Shown here in pieces: positions 29,736 through 40,351 of a stretch of 64,000 nucleotides of DNA (position 1 is its first letter; the number at the start of each line of letters is the position of its first letter). The notes beneath the pieces are model-generated. The model saw nothing but the letters and a program-made list of their open reading frames with translations. It ran no database searches and had not been told where the DNA came from. Source of the DNA: Longimicrobiales bacterium (GTDB lineage Bacteria > Gemmatimonadota > Gemmatimonadetes > Longimicrobiales > Gaopeijiaceae); contig CAXXKM010000001.1 in assembly GCA_963664435.2 (NCBI GenBank), positions 480,001 to 544,000 on the forward strand. Direction: 5' to 3'. The position numbers were made by a program, and so were the translations under genes.

Positions 29736-31112
29736 ATGGGTCGGGCGTTGGTAGTGTTCCTCCTGGCACTTGCGATCGGCGGATGCGACGAGGGAACGTC
29801 CGGCTCGGTACCGCTGAGTTCAACGCAGCAGCTGGGTGACACGACGTTCGTGTTCTCATCGGCGCCGCTTCGGGGCACGGCCACCCTCCGCGAAGTATCG
29901 CGGATCGGCATGATCGAGGGTCCACCGGAGTACCTGCTGGGCGCGTCGCCGACGTTCACGGTCGGCCCGGACGGGAGCCTCTTCATCGCCGACCGAGGTA
30001 CGCTTCGACACTACGACGCGGACGGCACATACGTCCGGACGATCGCGCGCCGGGGCGAAGGGCCAGGCGAGATGACGTCCGTGGGCGGCATCGACGTTTC
30101 TGCTGACGGGCTGGTGGCCGCCCTGGACAGGGGTAATCGCCGCGTCAACGTCTTTTCGTCCGATGGCGCCCTCGTCCGCGAGATCAGACTGGGGACAAGC
30201 CAGTCGGCGGGAGTAGCCCCATACGGACGGGATGCCCTGCGATGGGACGACCGAGGTGATCTCTGGCTCGCGCTCAATCCGCCCCGAAGGGGGTCGGATA
30301 CACTGCGTGCGAGGCAACAGAGACCGCTGTTCGGTCGCCTGATCGACCACGAGGAAGTCGCGGACACAGTGTTCCTCCCAACTCGAGCCTGGGAGGGCTG
30401 CGAGCGCCGACTCCCGGCATACTCCGGAGGGTTCATGGAGGACAACCGCCTCCGCAACATGCCCTTCGCGCAATGGTCCCGGACTCGAATGGGTGTGTTG
30501 GTCTTCGGGTGCTCGGCCAGTTTCTCGATCGATGTCGCTCGGCCGGATGGTGGCGTGATGCGGGCCTCAAGAGAATGGGAGCCACCGGTCAGGACGGAGG
30601 AGGAGCACGACTTCTGGTCCGCGACGGATCGTCTCGGGGTGGCGGAGCGCCGCAGTTTCAACCAGGCCCTGGTGAGCCTGGGACGCGCGGCGGAGGCCAT
30701 GCCGATTCCTGAGCCTCCGATCAATCCGAGGGAGCGACCCGCGTTCCTTCGACTCTGGCTGGCGGACGACGGACGAGTCTGGGCCTGGCGAGGAGCTCCC
30801 GGCCGAAGCCGTAGCTGGACCGAAGAGGAAAGGAGCCAGCAACTGCAACGGCTCCAGCAACTGGGGGTGTCCGGGCGTGAGCTACAGCCGCGATCGTGGG
30901 AGTACTGGAATCCGACGGACGGGTTCGATGTCTTCGACGCGGACGGGCGATGGATCGGTCACGTGAGCACACCCGAAACCTGGGCCGCAGCTCCGTACCC
31001 CGGGCAAACGGACCCGTACTTCAGGGGCGACACGGTCTGGGCCGTGGTCGAGGAAGAGTTCGACGTCCGCTACGTTGTTCGGTTCGGGATTGATTGGTCC
31101 TCGCCGGAATAG
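29736..31112 (+). CDS. 6-bladed beta-propeller lipoprotein
   Basis: GGAGG SD; lipobox IGGC; GEGPGE; FDVFDADGRWIG. Confidence 0.8.
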   Translation: MGRALVVFLLALAIGGCDEGTSGSVPLSSTQQLGDTTFVFSSAPLRGTATLREVSRIGMIEGPPEYLLGASPTFTVGPDGSLFIADRGTLRHYDADGTYVRTIARRGEGPGEMTSVGGIDVSADGLVAALDRGNRRVNVFSSDGALVREIRLGTSQSAGVAPYGRDALRWDDRGDLWLALNPPRRGSDTLRARQQRPLFGRLIDHEEVADTVFLPTRAWEGCERRLPAYSGGFMEDNRLRNMPFAQWSRTRMGVLVFGCSASFSIDVARPDGGVMRASREWEPPVRTEEEHDFWSATDRLGVAERRSFNQALVSLGRAAEAMPIPEPPINPRERPAFLRLWLADDGRVWAWRGAPGRSRSWTEEERSQQLQRLQQLGVSGRELQPRSWEYWNPTDGFDVFDADGRWIGHVSTPETWAAAPYPGQTDPYFRGDTVWAVVEEEFDVRYVVRFGIDWSSPE

Positions 31113-31192
31113 TGCGAGCCCGCACATGTTGGGGGGTAGGTGCGGCTACCTCGACCTCAGAGGGGCCGCGATGCCCATCATTGGAGGCTCGC

Positions 31193-32171
31193 ATGCGTCT
31201 GCTGATTCCCATGATCGCCTTGTGGCTTTGCGTTCCGGGGGTGACACGCGCCCAGACCGTGTGCCCGACGCCATGGCCGCCGGAAGAGGTCCTGCGGATC
31301 GGCTCTGCGGAGACCACGGACCTCGTTGCCGGCGTCCGCGATCTGGCGATCGGACCTGACAGCGCCCTGTACGTCGCTCAGGCGCACGTACCCGCAGTCA
31401 ACGTGTTCTCCCTCGATGGCCAGTTGCTTCGCCAGATCGGGCGCGCGGGCCGGGGGCCGGGCGATATCGAGTGGTCGGCCTTCGGTCTGGGTTGGATCGG
31501 AGACACGCTCTGGGTAGCCGACCTGAACCGGATCCAGCTGTTCACCACGGATGAGCGCGTGCCCGACGAAGTCATCCGGTTCTACCTGAGCATCCCCGAG
31601 GAAGGCGCTCAAGCCCGACGGATCCGCGGTCGTACAGATCGGGCAAGTGCATGAAAATGCAACGCCGCCCACCTTCGACCTTCTGGTGGTCTCAATCCGT
31701 GGAGACACGCTCCTGCATCGCGCGATCGACTACGAACCGCGCGAGGTCACCCGCGCGATGGAACGGCGCCTGGCGGACGAATACGCCGGCTGGGCGGTCG
31801 GAGACTACACCTCCCGCCGGATGCAGCTGCTTGAGACGACTCTCGAGCGCCAGCGCAGTGCCTACCGCCGCGTATTCTGGGTTCCGGAGAACCATCCTCC
31901 GGTCAGAAAGGTGGTGGCTGGAACGGACGGAACGATCTGGTTGCTGCGAGAGCTGCGTGAGGACCGCGTCGATGTGTGGGAGATCTACGACTCGGAAGGA
32001 ATGCTGGAGGGCAGTATCGAGATCGGACAGGGTCGCGCGTCGACCAAACCCTGGCATCCTCGCCTGGCAATCCTCGTCGCGAGCCGTGACGAGGTTTGGG
32101 GAGCAACGCGCGGCGAGTTGGACCAGCCCTACCTGCACCGGTACCGCGTCGATCGGACCTGCGCGCTGTAA
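31193..32171 (+). pseudogene. Beta-propeller gene broken by an internal deletion/frameshift near 31610-31650
   Basis: 5' ORF has signal peptide, IGRAGRGPGD and GDTLWVAD; 3' ORF (different frame) has GTDGTIW, WEIYDSEG and DELDQPY-type end. Confidence 0.7.
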
Positions 32172-32329
32172 GTGGGACGCACGGCTGTCAGGACGGTGCT
32201 GGCGTCATGATCGTGGAGCACCAGCGACCGGCAACCGGCCCGGCTAGATGCCCGTGCTGGGACAAGGTGGGCTGGCCAATCCTGGTAGCTACGGCACCAC
32301 GCTGGCAGGGCTTGTCGCGACCTTCGACG

Positions 32330-32383
32330 TGTAAGGTAGACATTACTTCGATGTAGCTTGCGCATTACATCCTGATGGATGTA
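32330..32383. promoter_or_regulatory. Tandem palindromic operator sites upstream of the regulator/mod operon
   Basis: TGTAA-N8-TTACT (32330), TGTAG-N8-TTACA (32352), TACATCC-TGAT-GGATGTA (32366). Confidence 0.5.
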
Positions 32384-32460
32384 TCGTGCTCTTCCGCGGG
32401 ATCCATCGGCCGTCGCAGTGGTCGATGACGACGAGGACGAGCCTGCTGCCCGATCGGGAG

Positions 32461-33590
32461 ATGCGCATGACCGACACGCGACTCCACAACAGCGTCCGGC
32501 GCCACCGCCGGGATCTGCGCCTGTCGCAGGAGGCCCTCGGCGACCAGGTGGGGGTGAGCCGGCACGCCATCATGGCGATCGAGTCCGGCCGCCAGGTGCC
32601 GTCCACGACGCTGGCGCTCCGGCTGGCGGCAACCTTCGGCTGCGCGGTCAAGGACCTCTTCCGGCTGGAGCCCGCGCCGGAGCTGGAGGTCCACCTCCCT
32701 CCCCCCCGCCCCGCCTCGGCCGCCGTCCCGGCCGCCTCCGGCTCCCGGGTGGCCGTCGGCCGCGTCGGTGGCCGGTGGGCGGCCCATCCCCTCCCCGGGC
32801 ACGCGACCGGCGCGGCCGACGCGATCGTTCAGGAGGGGGGAGCCCGCGTGCGCCCGGTGCGCGGCATGCGCCAGCTCGAGCGCAACGTCCTGGTGGCCGG
32901 GTGCGCCCCCCTGCTCGCCAACCTGGCGCATCGGGTCGGGGAAGGCTCCGTCGACGCGCGCGCGACCTGGATCCCGGCCAGCAGCCACCGCGCCCTGGAC
33001 CTGCTGGCCGCAGGGATGGTGCACATAGCCGGGCTGCACCTGTCGGGCGGCGCGTCCAGCCACGCCAACGTGGAAGCGGTCCGGCGCCGCTTCCCGGGCA
33101 AACGCATGCTGGTGGTCAACCTGACCCGCTGGCGCCAGGGCTTTGTGGTGGCCGCGCGCAACCCGCTGGACATCCAGGACGCCGGCGACCTGCTCCGTCC
33201 GGGCGTGCGGGTGGTGGGGCGCGAACCCGGCACCGGCGCCGACGAGCTGTTCGCACGCCTGCTCGCCGACGAGCCCGGCGGGCACCCCGACTTCTCCGGT
33301 CCGGTGGCGGAGGGCCACCTCGACGTGGCCCGGCGGGTCCACTGCGGCGCGGCGGACGCGGGCGTCGCCATCGAGAGCGCCGCGCTCGCCTGGGGGCTGG
33401 GGTTCGTGCCCCTGGTGGAGGAGCGCTTCGACCTGGTCATTCCGGCGTCCATCGCCGAAACGCCTCCGGTTTCCCGCTTCCTCGACACGCTGGACGACCC
33501 CGGCTTCCGTGCCGAAGCCGCCTGCCTGCCGGGATACGACACCTCCATCAGCGGGCACGCGAGCACGCTCGAGGCCCGGAGCGCGGGGTC

Positions 33591-33594
<4 letters not shown>
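32461..33594 (+). CDS. XRE HTH plus PBP-superfamily (molybdate-binding) transcriptional regulator
   Basis: LSQEALGDQVGVSRHAIMAIESG; SSHRAL, HIAGLHL, REPGTGA, ADAGVA, ERFDL. Start uncertain. Confidence 0.85.
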
Positions 33595-34367
<773 letters not shown>

Positions 34368-34373
34368 CTTCGG

Positions 34374-35219
34374 GTGAACCGGCAGGCGAACCTGCCCGAT
34401 GCCCTGGGCGCCGGACGCTGGCCGTCGCTGGCGGCGGCGCTGCCGATGCTGGTGCTGCTCGCCCTTCCCGTAGTCGCGCTGGCACTGGCCTCCTCGCCGG
34501 CGGAACTGGCCGCGGGTGCGCGCCACCCGCTCTTTCTTCCGGCGCTCGGGCTGACGGCGCGCACCACGGTGGTGAGCCTCGTGGTGGTGGTGGCGGCGGG
34601 CACCCCGCTGGCGTGGTGGCTCGCGGCGTCCTCCGGCCGCTGGGCGCGGGGCGTCGAGCAGCTGGTGGATCTGCCCATCGTGCTGCCGCCCGCGGTGCTC
34701 GGCATCGCGCTGCTCCAGACCTTCGGCCGCAACGGCCTGCTGGGCGGTCCGCTTGAGGCGCTCGGCCTGCAGATCCCCTTCACCACGGCCGCCGTGGTGC
34801 TCACCCAGGTGGTGGTCGCCTCGCCGTTCTACGTGCAGTCGGCCGCGGCCGCCTTCCGGCGGGTCGACCGGGACCTGCTCATCGTCGCGCGCACCCTGGG
34901 ACGGTCGCCGGCGGGGGCATTCTTCGGGGTGGCGGTGCCGGTGGCGCTTCCGGGGCTGGTCAGCGGAGTCGCGCTGGCGTGGGCGCGCGCGATCGGGGAG
35001 TTCGGGGCGACCCTGCTCTTTGCGGGCAACCTGCCGGGACGAACGCAGACCGCCCCGCTGGCCATCTACACGGCACTCGAGTCGGACGTCCAGGCCGCGG
35101 TCGCGCTTTCCCTGGTGCTCGCCGCGGTCGCGGTGCTCCTGCTGCTCGGGCTGCGCGCGCTTCCGGGCGGCCGCCTGGGCCGGGTGGTGGCGGCGGCCGC
35201 GGGGGCGGGGCGCCGGTGA
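34374..35219 (+). CDS. modB: Molybdate ABC transporter permease
   Basis: [30 protein letters not shown]. Confidence 0.93.
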   Translation: MNRQANLPDALGAGRWPSLAAALPMLVLLALPVVALALASSPAELAAGARHPLFLPALGLTARTTVVSLVVVVAAGTPLAWWLAASSGRWARGVEQLVDLPIVLPPAVLGIALLQTFGRNGLLGGPLEALGLQIPFTTAAVVLTQVVVASPFYVQSAAAAFRRVDRDLLIVARTLGRSPAGAFFGVAVPVALPGLVSGVALAWARAIGEFGATLLFAGNLPGRTQTAPLAIYTALESDVQAAVALSLVLAAVAVLLLLGLRALPGGRLGRVVAAAAGAGRR

Positions 35220-36004
35220 CCCGGAAGGCGGGCATGAACTCGACCTGGCACGCCGAGGTCCGCATGCGGGTCGGCGCGCTCCAACTGGAGGTGCGCGTGG
35301 ATGGCGGCGTGCGGCCGGTCGCCCTGGTGGGCCCCAACGGCTCGGGCAAGACCACCCTGCTGCGCACCATAGCGGGAGCCTACCGGCCATCCGCCGGTGT
35401 AATCGCGGTCGGCGACCGCGTCCTTTTCGACTCCGCGCGCGGCATCGACCTTCCCCCGGAAGAGCGAGGGGTGGGCTACGTGCCCCAGGGGTACGGGCTG
35501 TTCCCGCACCTGCGCGTGCTCGACAACGTGGGGTTCGGGCTGGCGGGCTCCTCCCGGCGCGACAACGGTGCGCGCGCCTCCGCCCTGGCCGTGCTCGAAC
35601 AACTCGATGCCGGTCATCTCGCCGAGCGTTGGCCGGACACGCTTTCGGGCGGAGAGCGCCAGCGGGTCGCGCTGGCTCGCGCGCTGGTCACCGAGCCCCA
35701 CATCCTGCTCCTGGACGAGCCGCTCGCCGCACTGGATGCGGCCGCGCGCCGAGCCATGCGCCGCCGGCTTGCGGACCGGCTCGCGGAGAGCGCCGTCCCG
35801 GCCCTGGTTATCACCCACGATGTGCACGACATCGTGGCGCTGAACGCCCACGTGCACGTCATGGAGGAGGGGAAGATCGTCCAGCGAGGCTCCGCCGACG
35901 CGCTGGCCACGCACCCCGCCACCGAGTTCGTGGCGGAGGTCTTCGGGTCACCGCTCGTTACGCGCGGAAACCATCCTCCGAACAAGCAGCCCGGCGCGCG
36001 CTAA
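35216..36004 (+). CDS. modC: Molybdate ABC transporter ATP-binding protein
   Basis: [32 protein letters not shown]. Confidence 0.9.
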   Translation: MTRKAGMNSTWHAEVRMRVGALQLEVRVDGGVRPVALVGPNGSGKTTLLRTIAGAYRPSAGVIAVGDRVLFDSARGIDLPPEERGVGYVPQGYGLFPHLRVLDNVGFGLAGSSRRDNGARASALAVLEQLDAGHLAERWPDTLSGGERQRVALARALVTEPHILLLDEPLAALDAAARRAMRRRLADRLAESAVPALVITHDVHDIVALNAHVHVMEEGKIVQRGSADALATHPATEFVAEVFGSPLVTRGNHPPNKQPGAR

Positions 36005-36366
36005 CCACCCTCCTGCGGCTCGGCTCCAGGATCGACGTCGGACCGGCCCGAACCCGGCTGTTCGTCCGTAGCCGATTCGGAAGAGGACGAATCGGCCCGG
36101 ACGCAGAGCGCGCCCAACTCCCCCGCGGTAATCGTGCACCCGCCAAAGCGGAGTACGTCCGCAGGATCGAGCAGGGCCTGACGGATCGGGTGCCACTCGT
36201 CCCCCCGGCGAACGAAGGTGCCGCTCCCCGTCGCGCGATCGGCGACGTGGATCCGGCCCTCCGGCAGGCACACGACCTCGGCGTGGCACCGCGACACGCT
36301 GCCATCGCGCAGCACCACATCGCACGTGCCCTTGCGGCCTACGGTCCGAGCAACGATACGGGACAT
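36001..36366 (-). CDS. Standalone FHA-domain protein
   Basis: VGR, VSRCHA, GSGTFV. Confidence 0.8.
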   Translation of the reverse strand: MSRIVARTVGRKGTCDVVLRDGSVSRCHAEVVCLPEGRIHVADRATGSGTFVRRGDEWHPIRQALLDPADVLRFGGCTITAGELGALCVRADSSSSESATDEQPGSGRSDVDPGAEPQEGG

Positions 36367-36378
36367 TTCCGGTTCCTC

Positions 36379-37905
36379 TCAGTTCTCGGGTTTGCCTGCA
36401 GGTCCGGACTGGAGGGCGAGAGCCGGCCCGTCGCCGAACCGGACCACGGCACCGGGACCGAGTTTCCGGGGCGTGAAGGGAACCAGTCTCTCGCCGTCGA
36501 CCCAGGTACCCTCGCGCGAGTTCAAGTCCTCGATGAGGAAACGCCCGCCCTTGCGGATCACGCGCGCGTGACGCATGGAGACGGTCGGGTCGTGAATGAC
36601 CTCGTCGACCAGCGTCGGCTGACGGCCGATGACGAGCCCGCCTTCGGCACGCCGGAGCCTGTGGCCCCCGAACCGGATGTCGATGGGTGGGTCGCCGTAG
36701 TTCGAGGCATCGGCGACGAACCGAAGATCCGGGAGGGCGCCTTCCTGCGGTGCGCCGCCCCCGGCTGTGGGTCGGCGAGCACGTCCCGCGAGCAGTCCGC
36801 GACCGGGCCGGAAGTATCTGAACGGCAGATAGAGCCCGGAACCGCGGGGAAGCCCGGGGTCGCGCCCCCCCGCCGACCCCTGCTCGACGACCCGGACAAC
36901 TTCCCGGCGCGGCGCGCGCACGGTCAGGAACATCAAGGTCGGAAACATGACCGCGGCCATCCCGAGCGTGATCCACAGACCCAGGGCTACCCGGTCCTCG
37001 GTCGCCTCCATGCGTTGCTCGGTCGCCTCCACCGCCGACCCCACGGCCTCCGCGGCCGCGCTCGCCGCCGCTTCCGCCGCTTCGTTCGCCGCGCTGGCCG
37101 CCGCCTGCACGGCCTGTTCCGCCGCTCTGGCTGCCGCTTCCGCAGCCTCTCTCGCCGCGCTGGCTTCATCATCGGTGCAACGGGCGTCGCTCGTGCTGAC
37201 GGCGATACCGAGCGTCCGCAGTTCGCGCACCGCCTCGGTGATCCGCGAAGCCACGAATACGCCCTGCGATGCGAGGGCGCTTCTGGTGTTCACGCCAACC
37301 ACCATTCCGCAGTCGGAGATCAGAGGCCCTCCGCTGTTGCCCGGATTGATCGCGGCATCGTGCTGAATCAGGTCCAGCGCCCTTCCTCCGCCCCTGATAT
37401 CCCAGGGCGCGCGGTACAGTCGGCTGATCACGCCCCGCGTCAATGTCGTTTGAAGCGACATGTTCCCGGTGATCGCGTCCGCGATGCCGGGGAACCCCAC
37501 GGCCCATACGGCTTCGCCCGTCTGCAGCGGCATGGTCCCGAGCAGAACCTCCGGCAACGCCAGCGTGTCGACCTCGAGCACCGCCAGGTCCAGTTCGGGG
37601 GATCCCCAGCGTACGCGGGCCTGTTGCATGCCGCCGGTGTGCGCCGAGATCACCTGATGCGTCGCGCCGCCGTCCACGACGTGATGGTTGGTCAGGACGA
37701 TGCCGGGAGCCACCACCGCCCCGCTGCCGGTGCCGAAGCCGGTGGGAAGGAGCGTGATGACCCGCACGACGCTGCGATCGGCCTCCCGGATTCGATCAAC
37801 CGCGGTCCTCGACTGGCCGGCCAACGCATCCGGGCGCACGACGAGAACGGACCAGAGGGTCAATGCCGCGACCATCCCAACGCCTGCGATGCCTCGGCTG
37901 GACAT
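36379..37905 (-). CDS. Trypsin-like serine protease - Ala-rich coiled coil - TM - FHA protein
   Basis: TNHHV, DLAVL, GNSGGP triad motifs; TM LGLWITLGMAAVMFPTLMFL; IGR...VSMRHA...DLNSREGTWV. Confidence 0.85.
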   Translation of the reverse strand: MSSRGIAGVGMVAALTLWSVLVVRPDALAGQSRTAVDRIREADRSVVRVITLLPTGFGTGSGAVVAPGIVLTNHHVVDGGATHQVISAHTGGMQQARVRWGSPELDLAVLEVDTLALPEVLLGTMPLQTGEAVWAVGFPGIADAITGNMSLQTTLTRGVISRLYRAPWDIRGGGRALDLIQHDAAINPGNSGGPLISDCGMVVGVNTRSALASQGVFVASRITEAVRELRTLGIAVSTSDARCTDDEASAAREAAEAAARAAEQAVQAAASAANEAAEAAASAAAEAVGSAVEATEQRMEATEDRVALGLWITLGMAAVMFPTLMFLTVRAPRREVVRVVEQGSAGGRDPGLPRGSGLYLPFRYFRPGRGLLAGRARRPTAGGGAPQEGALPDLRFVADASNYGDPPIDIRFGGHRLRRAEGGLVIGRQPTLVDEVIHDPTVSMRHARVIRKGGRFLIEDLNSREGTWVDGERLVPFTPRKLGPGAVVRFGDGPALALQSGPAGKPEN

Positions 37906-38149
37906 CGACTCTCTTCTCCTTCCGATGGGCGAGCCTGTGTCTGGTACACCCCGCCGTGAAGGAGGTACCGGCGCGCGGCCCGGTCGGGTCGTCGGACTCG
38001 AAGTATGGGCTCGCGAACGTAACCTGGCCCCGTGGGCCGGGGTACATCACCCGATCACCATCTTGGCATGTATTTTGCGGCCCTGGCGTGGCGATCCGGC
38101 TCGTCGCTCGGGCCCTCGCACCTCCACCCACCGGAAGGGGATGACACCC

Positions 38150-38647
38150 ATGAAGAAGAGCATCCTGTTCGCTGCCGCGGCGATGTCCGCTTGTTCCTCC
38201 GCCCCGATCTCCTACTACGGCGTGGCGCCACCCGGCAGAGAGACGGCCTATCAGTGCGCCGTCGCTCAACTGAACATTCTGGGCTACACGATCGAGGACG
38301 GAAACAGCGATGCCGGCTTTGTCCGGGGCCGCAAGCAGACGTCGGGTCTGGGGACCCAGATATTCACCGGCAACACGTACCACGACGTGCTCACCGCGAC
38401 CGCCTTCGACAACCCCGCCACCGGAGAGACCAACCTGAGGGTCGTGGCGACCCGGATCGCGGAACAGGACACCGGCCTGCTCGGGGCCATCAGCGACGAG
38501 CCCGAGCAGGGAGAGGACGTCATCGCGCCCTCGGACAGCGGAAAGGGCGACGCCCGGGTGCTGCTGGCCAGCTGTGGGGTCTCCAGCGTGACCACTTCCG
38601 GGGGGCCCGATGCCTATCTGCTGCAGGGGACGGCGGGCCCGCGCTGA
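38150..38647 (+). CDS. Hypothetical lipoprotein
   Basis: MKKSILFAAAAMSAC lipobox. Confidence 0.7.
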   Translation: MKKSILFAAAAMSACSSAPISYYGVAPPGRETAYQCAVAQLNILGYTIEDGNSDAGFVRGRKQTSGLGTQIFTGNTYHDVLTATAFDNPATGETNLRVVATRIAEQDTGLLGAISDEPEQGEDVIAPSDSGKGDARVLLASCGVSSVTTSGGPDAYLLQGTAGPR

Positions 38648-38684
38648 CTCGCAACTCTTCCCCCGTGAGGGGTGTCCGCCGCCC

Positions 38685-40346
38685 TCAGCGGCTCAACGGA
38701 GGCGTGAACGGGGGCGGACGGCGGTGCTGCGTGGCCTGCTCGTAGGCGTAGCTGATGCGGATCAGGGTCGGCTCGTCGAAGGGCCGCCCCAGCAACTGCA
38801 GCCCGGCGGGTAGCCGACCGAAGGAATATCCCATCGGCACGTTGAAGGCCGGAAAGCCGGTGGGGGGCGAGAGGATGGAGCTGTTCGCCCCGTACGTGGT
38901 GTTCTCGTCGCCGATCAGCCGGGCCGGGTAGTTGTAGGTCGGATAGACCAGAACGTCGAGTTCGTGCTCCTCGAAGACGGCGAGCACGGCGTCCCGCAAC
39001 CGCTCCTGCGTCTCCAGGTATTGAGGGTAGTCCTCGTGCTCCTCGGGCACGTAGTCCACTTCCCGGTTGCGCTCCAGGCTGGCGCGCAGGAAGGGATGAT
39101 AGTCGCCCGACTCCACCACGTCGTCGAGCGTCTTGAACTTCAGTTCCGGACGCGTGGCCAGGTAATTCTCGAAGTCGTACTTCAGCCGGCTGATGCTCGG
39201 GAAGTCCCCGCGGATGTCGTCCAGGTCCGGGATCTCGACAGCATCCACGACGACCGCGCCGGCGGCGCGCATGTCCGCGAGCGCCTGTTCCATCACCCGC
39301 AACACCTCGGGATGGATGGTGGTGGGCTCGTCCTCTTCCTCTTCGTCCCGGTCTTGCCCCTCGGGCGCCCCGGACTCCTGGTCCGGGTCCTCTGACGGCA
39401 TCTCCTCGCCCGGGGCGAGGACCCCGCTTCCGAGCGAGCGCGGATCGTCGTAGTCGCGCGCCTCCTCGAACAACTGGCGCAGGACGCCGATGCGGGCACC
39501 CTGGAGTCCGTCGGCATCGAGGAACTGGCGGTAGTTGTCGGGAACCCGCCCTTCGCTCTCGAGCGTGACGGGGTCCGCCGGATCCTGGTCCACGATCACC
39601 TCCAGCACCGCGACCGCGTCGGCCACGGTGCGGGCCATGGGACCGCCCACGTCGCGGGCGGCGCTCAGCGGGGCGATGCCGTCGCGGCTGGTGAGCCCCA
39701 TGGTGGTGCGGAACCCCACAAGCGCCTGGTGGGAGGAGGGGCCGCGAATGGAGCTGCCGGTGTCCGATCCGAGACCGACGGCGCCGAAGTTGGCGGCGAC
39801 CGCGGCTCCCGTGCCTCCGCTCGATCCGGCCGTCACCCGGGTGGGGTCGTAGGGGTTGCGCGAGTAGCCGGGCAGTACCGAGCTGAGCGTGAACGCGCCG
39901 CTGGACGCGAACTCGGCCAGGTTGGACTTGGCCAGGATGATGGCGCCCGCCTCGCGCAGCTTGCGCACCTGGTAGGCGTCGTCGGGCGGAATCGCCCCGC
40001 GGAAGGCGAGGGTCCCGTTGGTGGTGGGCAGGTCGTAGGTGTCGTAGTTGTCCTTCACGATCACCGGGATGCCGTGCAGCGGGCCGGTGAAGCCGGTCGC
40101 CCGGAAGGCGTCGTCGAGCTCGCGCGCCCGCTCCAGCGCGCCCTCGCTCACGGTGATGATGGAGTTCAGGTAGGGCCCCTGCCGGTCATACGCCTCGATG
40201 CGGTCGAGGTAGCTCTGCACCAGCTCCTCCGCGTTGAGCCGGCCCTCCTCCATCGCCTGGTGGATGTCGGCGATGGTCGCCTCCTCGACCTGGAAGGCGG
40301 GCGCGCACGCGGCGGCGAGCAGGAGAAGGGGCAGGACGCGCATCAT
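38685..40346 (-). CDS. Amidase-signature family lipoprotein
   Basis: Lipobox AAAC; GPLHGIPVIVKD, GSSGG, GSDTGSSIRGP. Confidence 0.9.
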   Translation of the reverse strand: MMRVLPLLLLAAACAPAFQVEEATIADIHQAMEEGRLNAEELVQSYLDRIEAYDRQGPYLNSIITVSEGALERARELDDAFRATGFTGPLHGIPVIVKDNYDTYDLPTTNGTLAFRGAIPPDDAYQVRKLREAGAIILAKSNLAEFASSGAFTLSSVLPGYSRNPYDPTRVTAGSSGGTGAAVAANFGAVGLGSDTGSSIRGPSSHQALVGFRTTMGLTSRDGIAPLSAARDVGGPMARTVADAVAVLEVIVDQDPADPVTLESEGRVPDNYRQFLDADGLQGARIGVLRQLFEEARDYDDPRSLGSGVLAPGEEMPSEDPDQESGAPEGQDRDEEEEDEPTTIHPEVLRVMEQALADMRAAGAVVVDAVEIPDLDDIRGDFPSISRLKYDFENYLATRPELKFKTLDDVVESGDYHPFLRASLERNREVDYVPEEHEDYPQYLETQERLRDAVLAVFEEHELDVLVYPTYNYPARLIGDENTTYGANSSILSPPTGFPAFNVPMGYSFGRLPAGLQLLGRPFDEPTLIRISYAYEQATQHRRPPPFTPPLSR

Positions 40347-40351
40347 CTACC

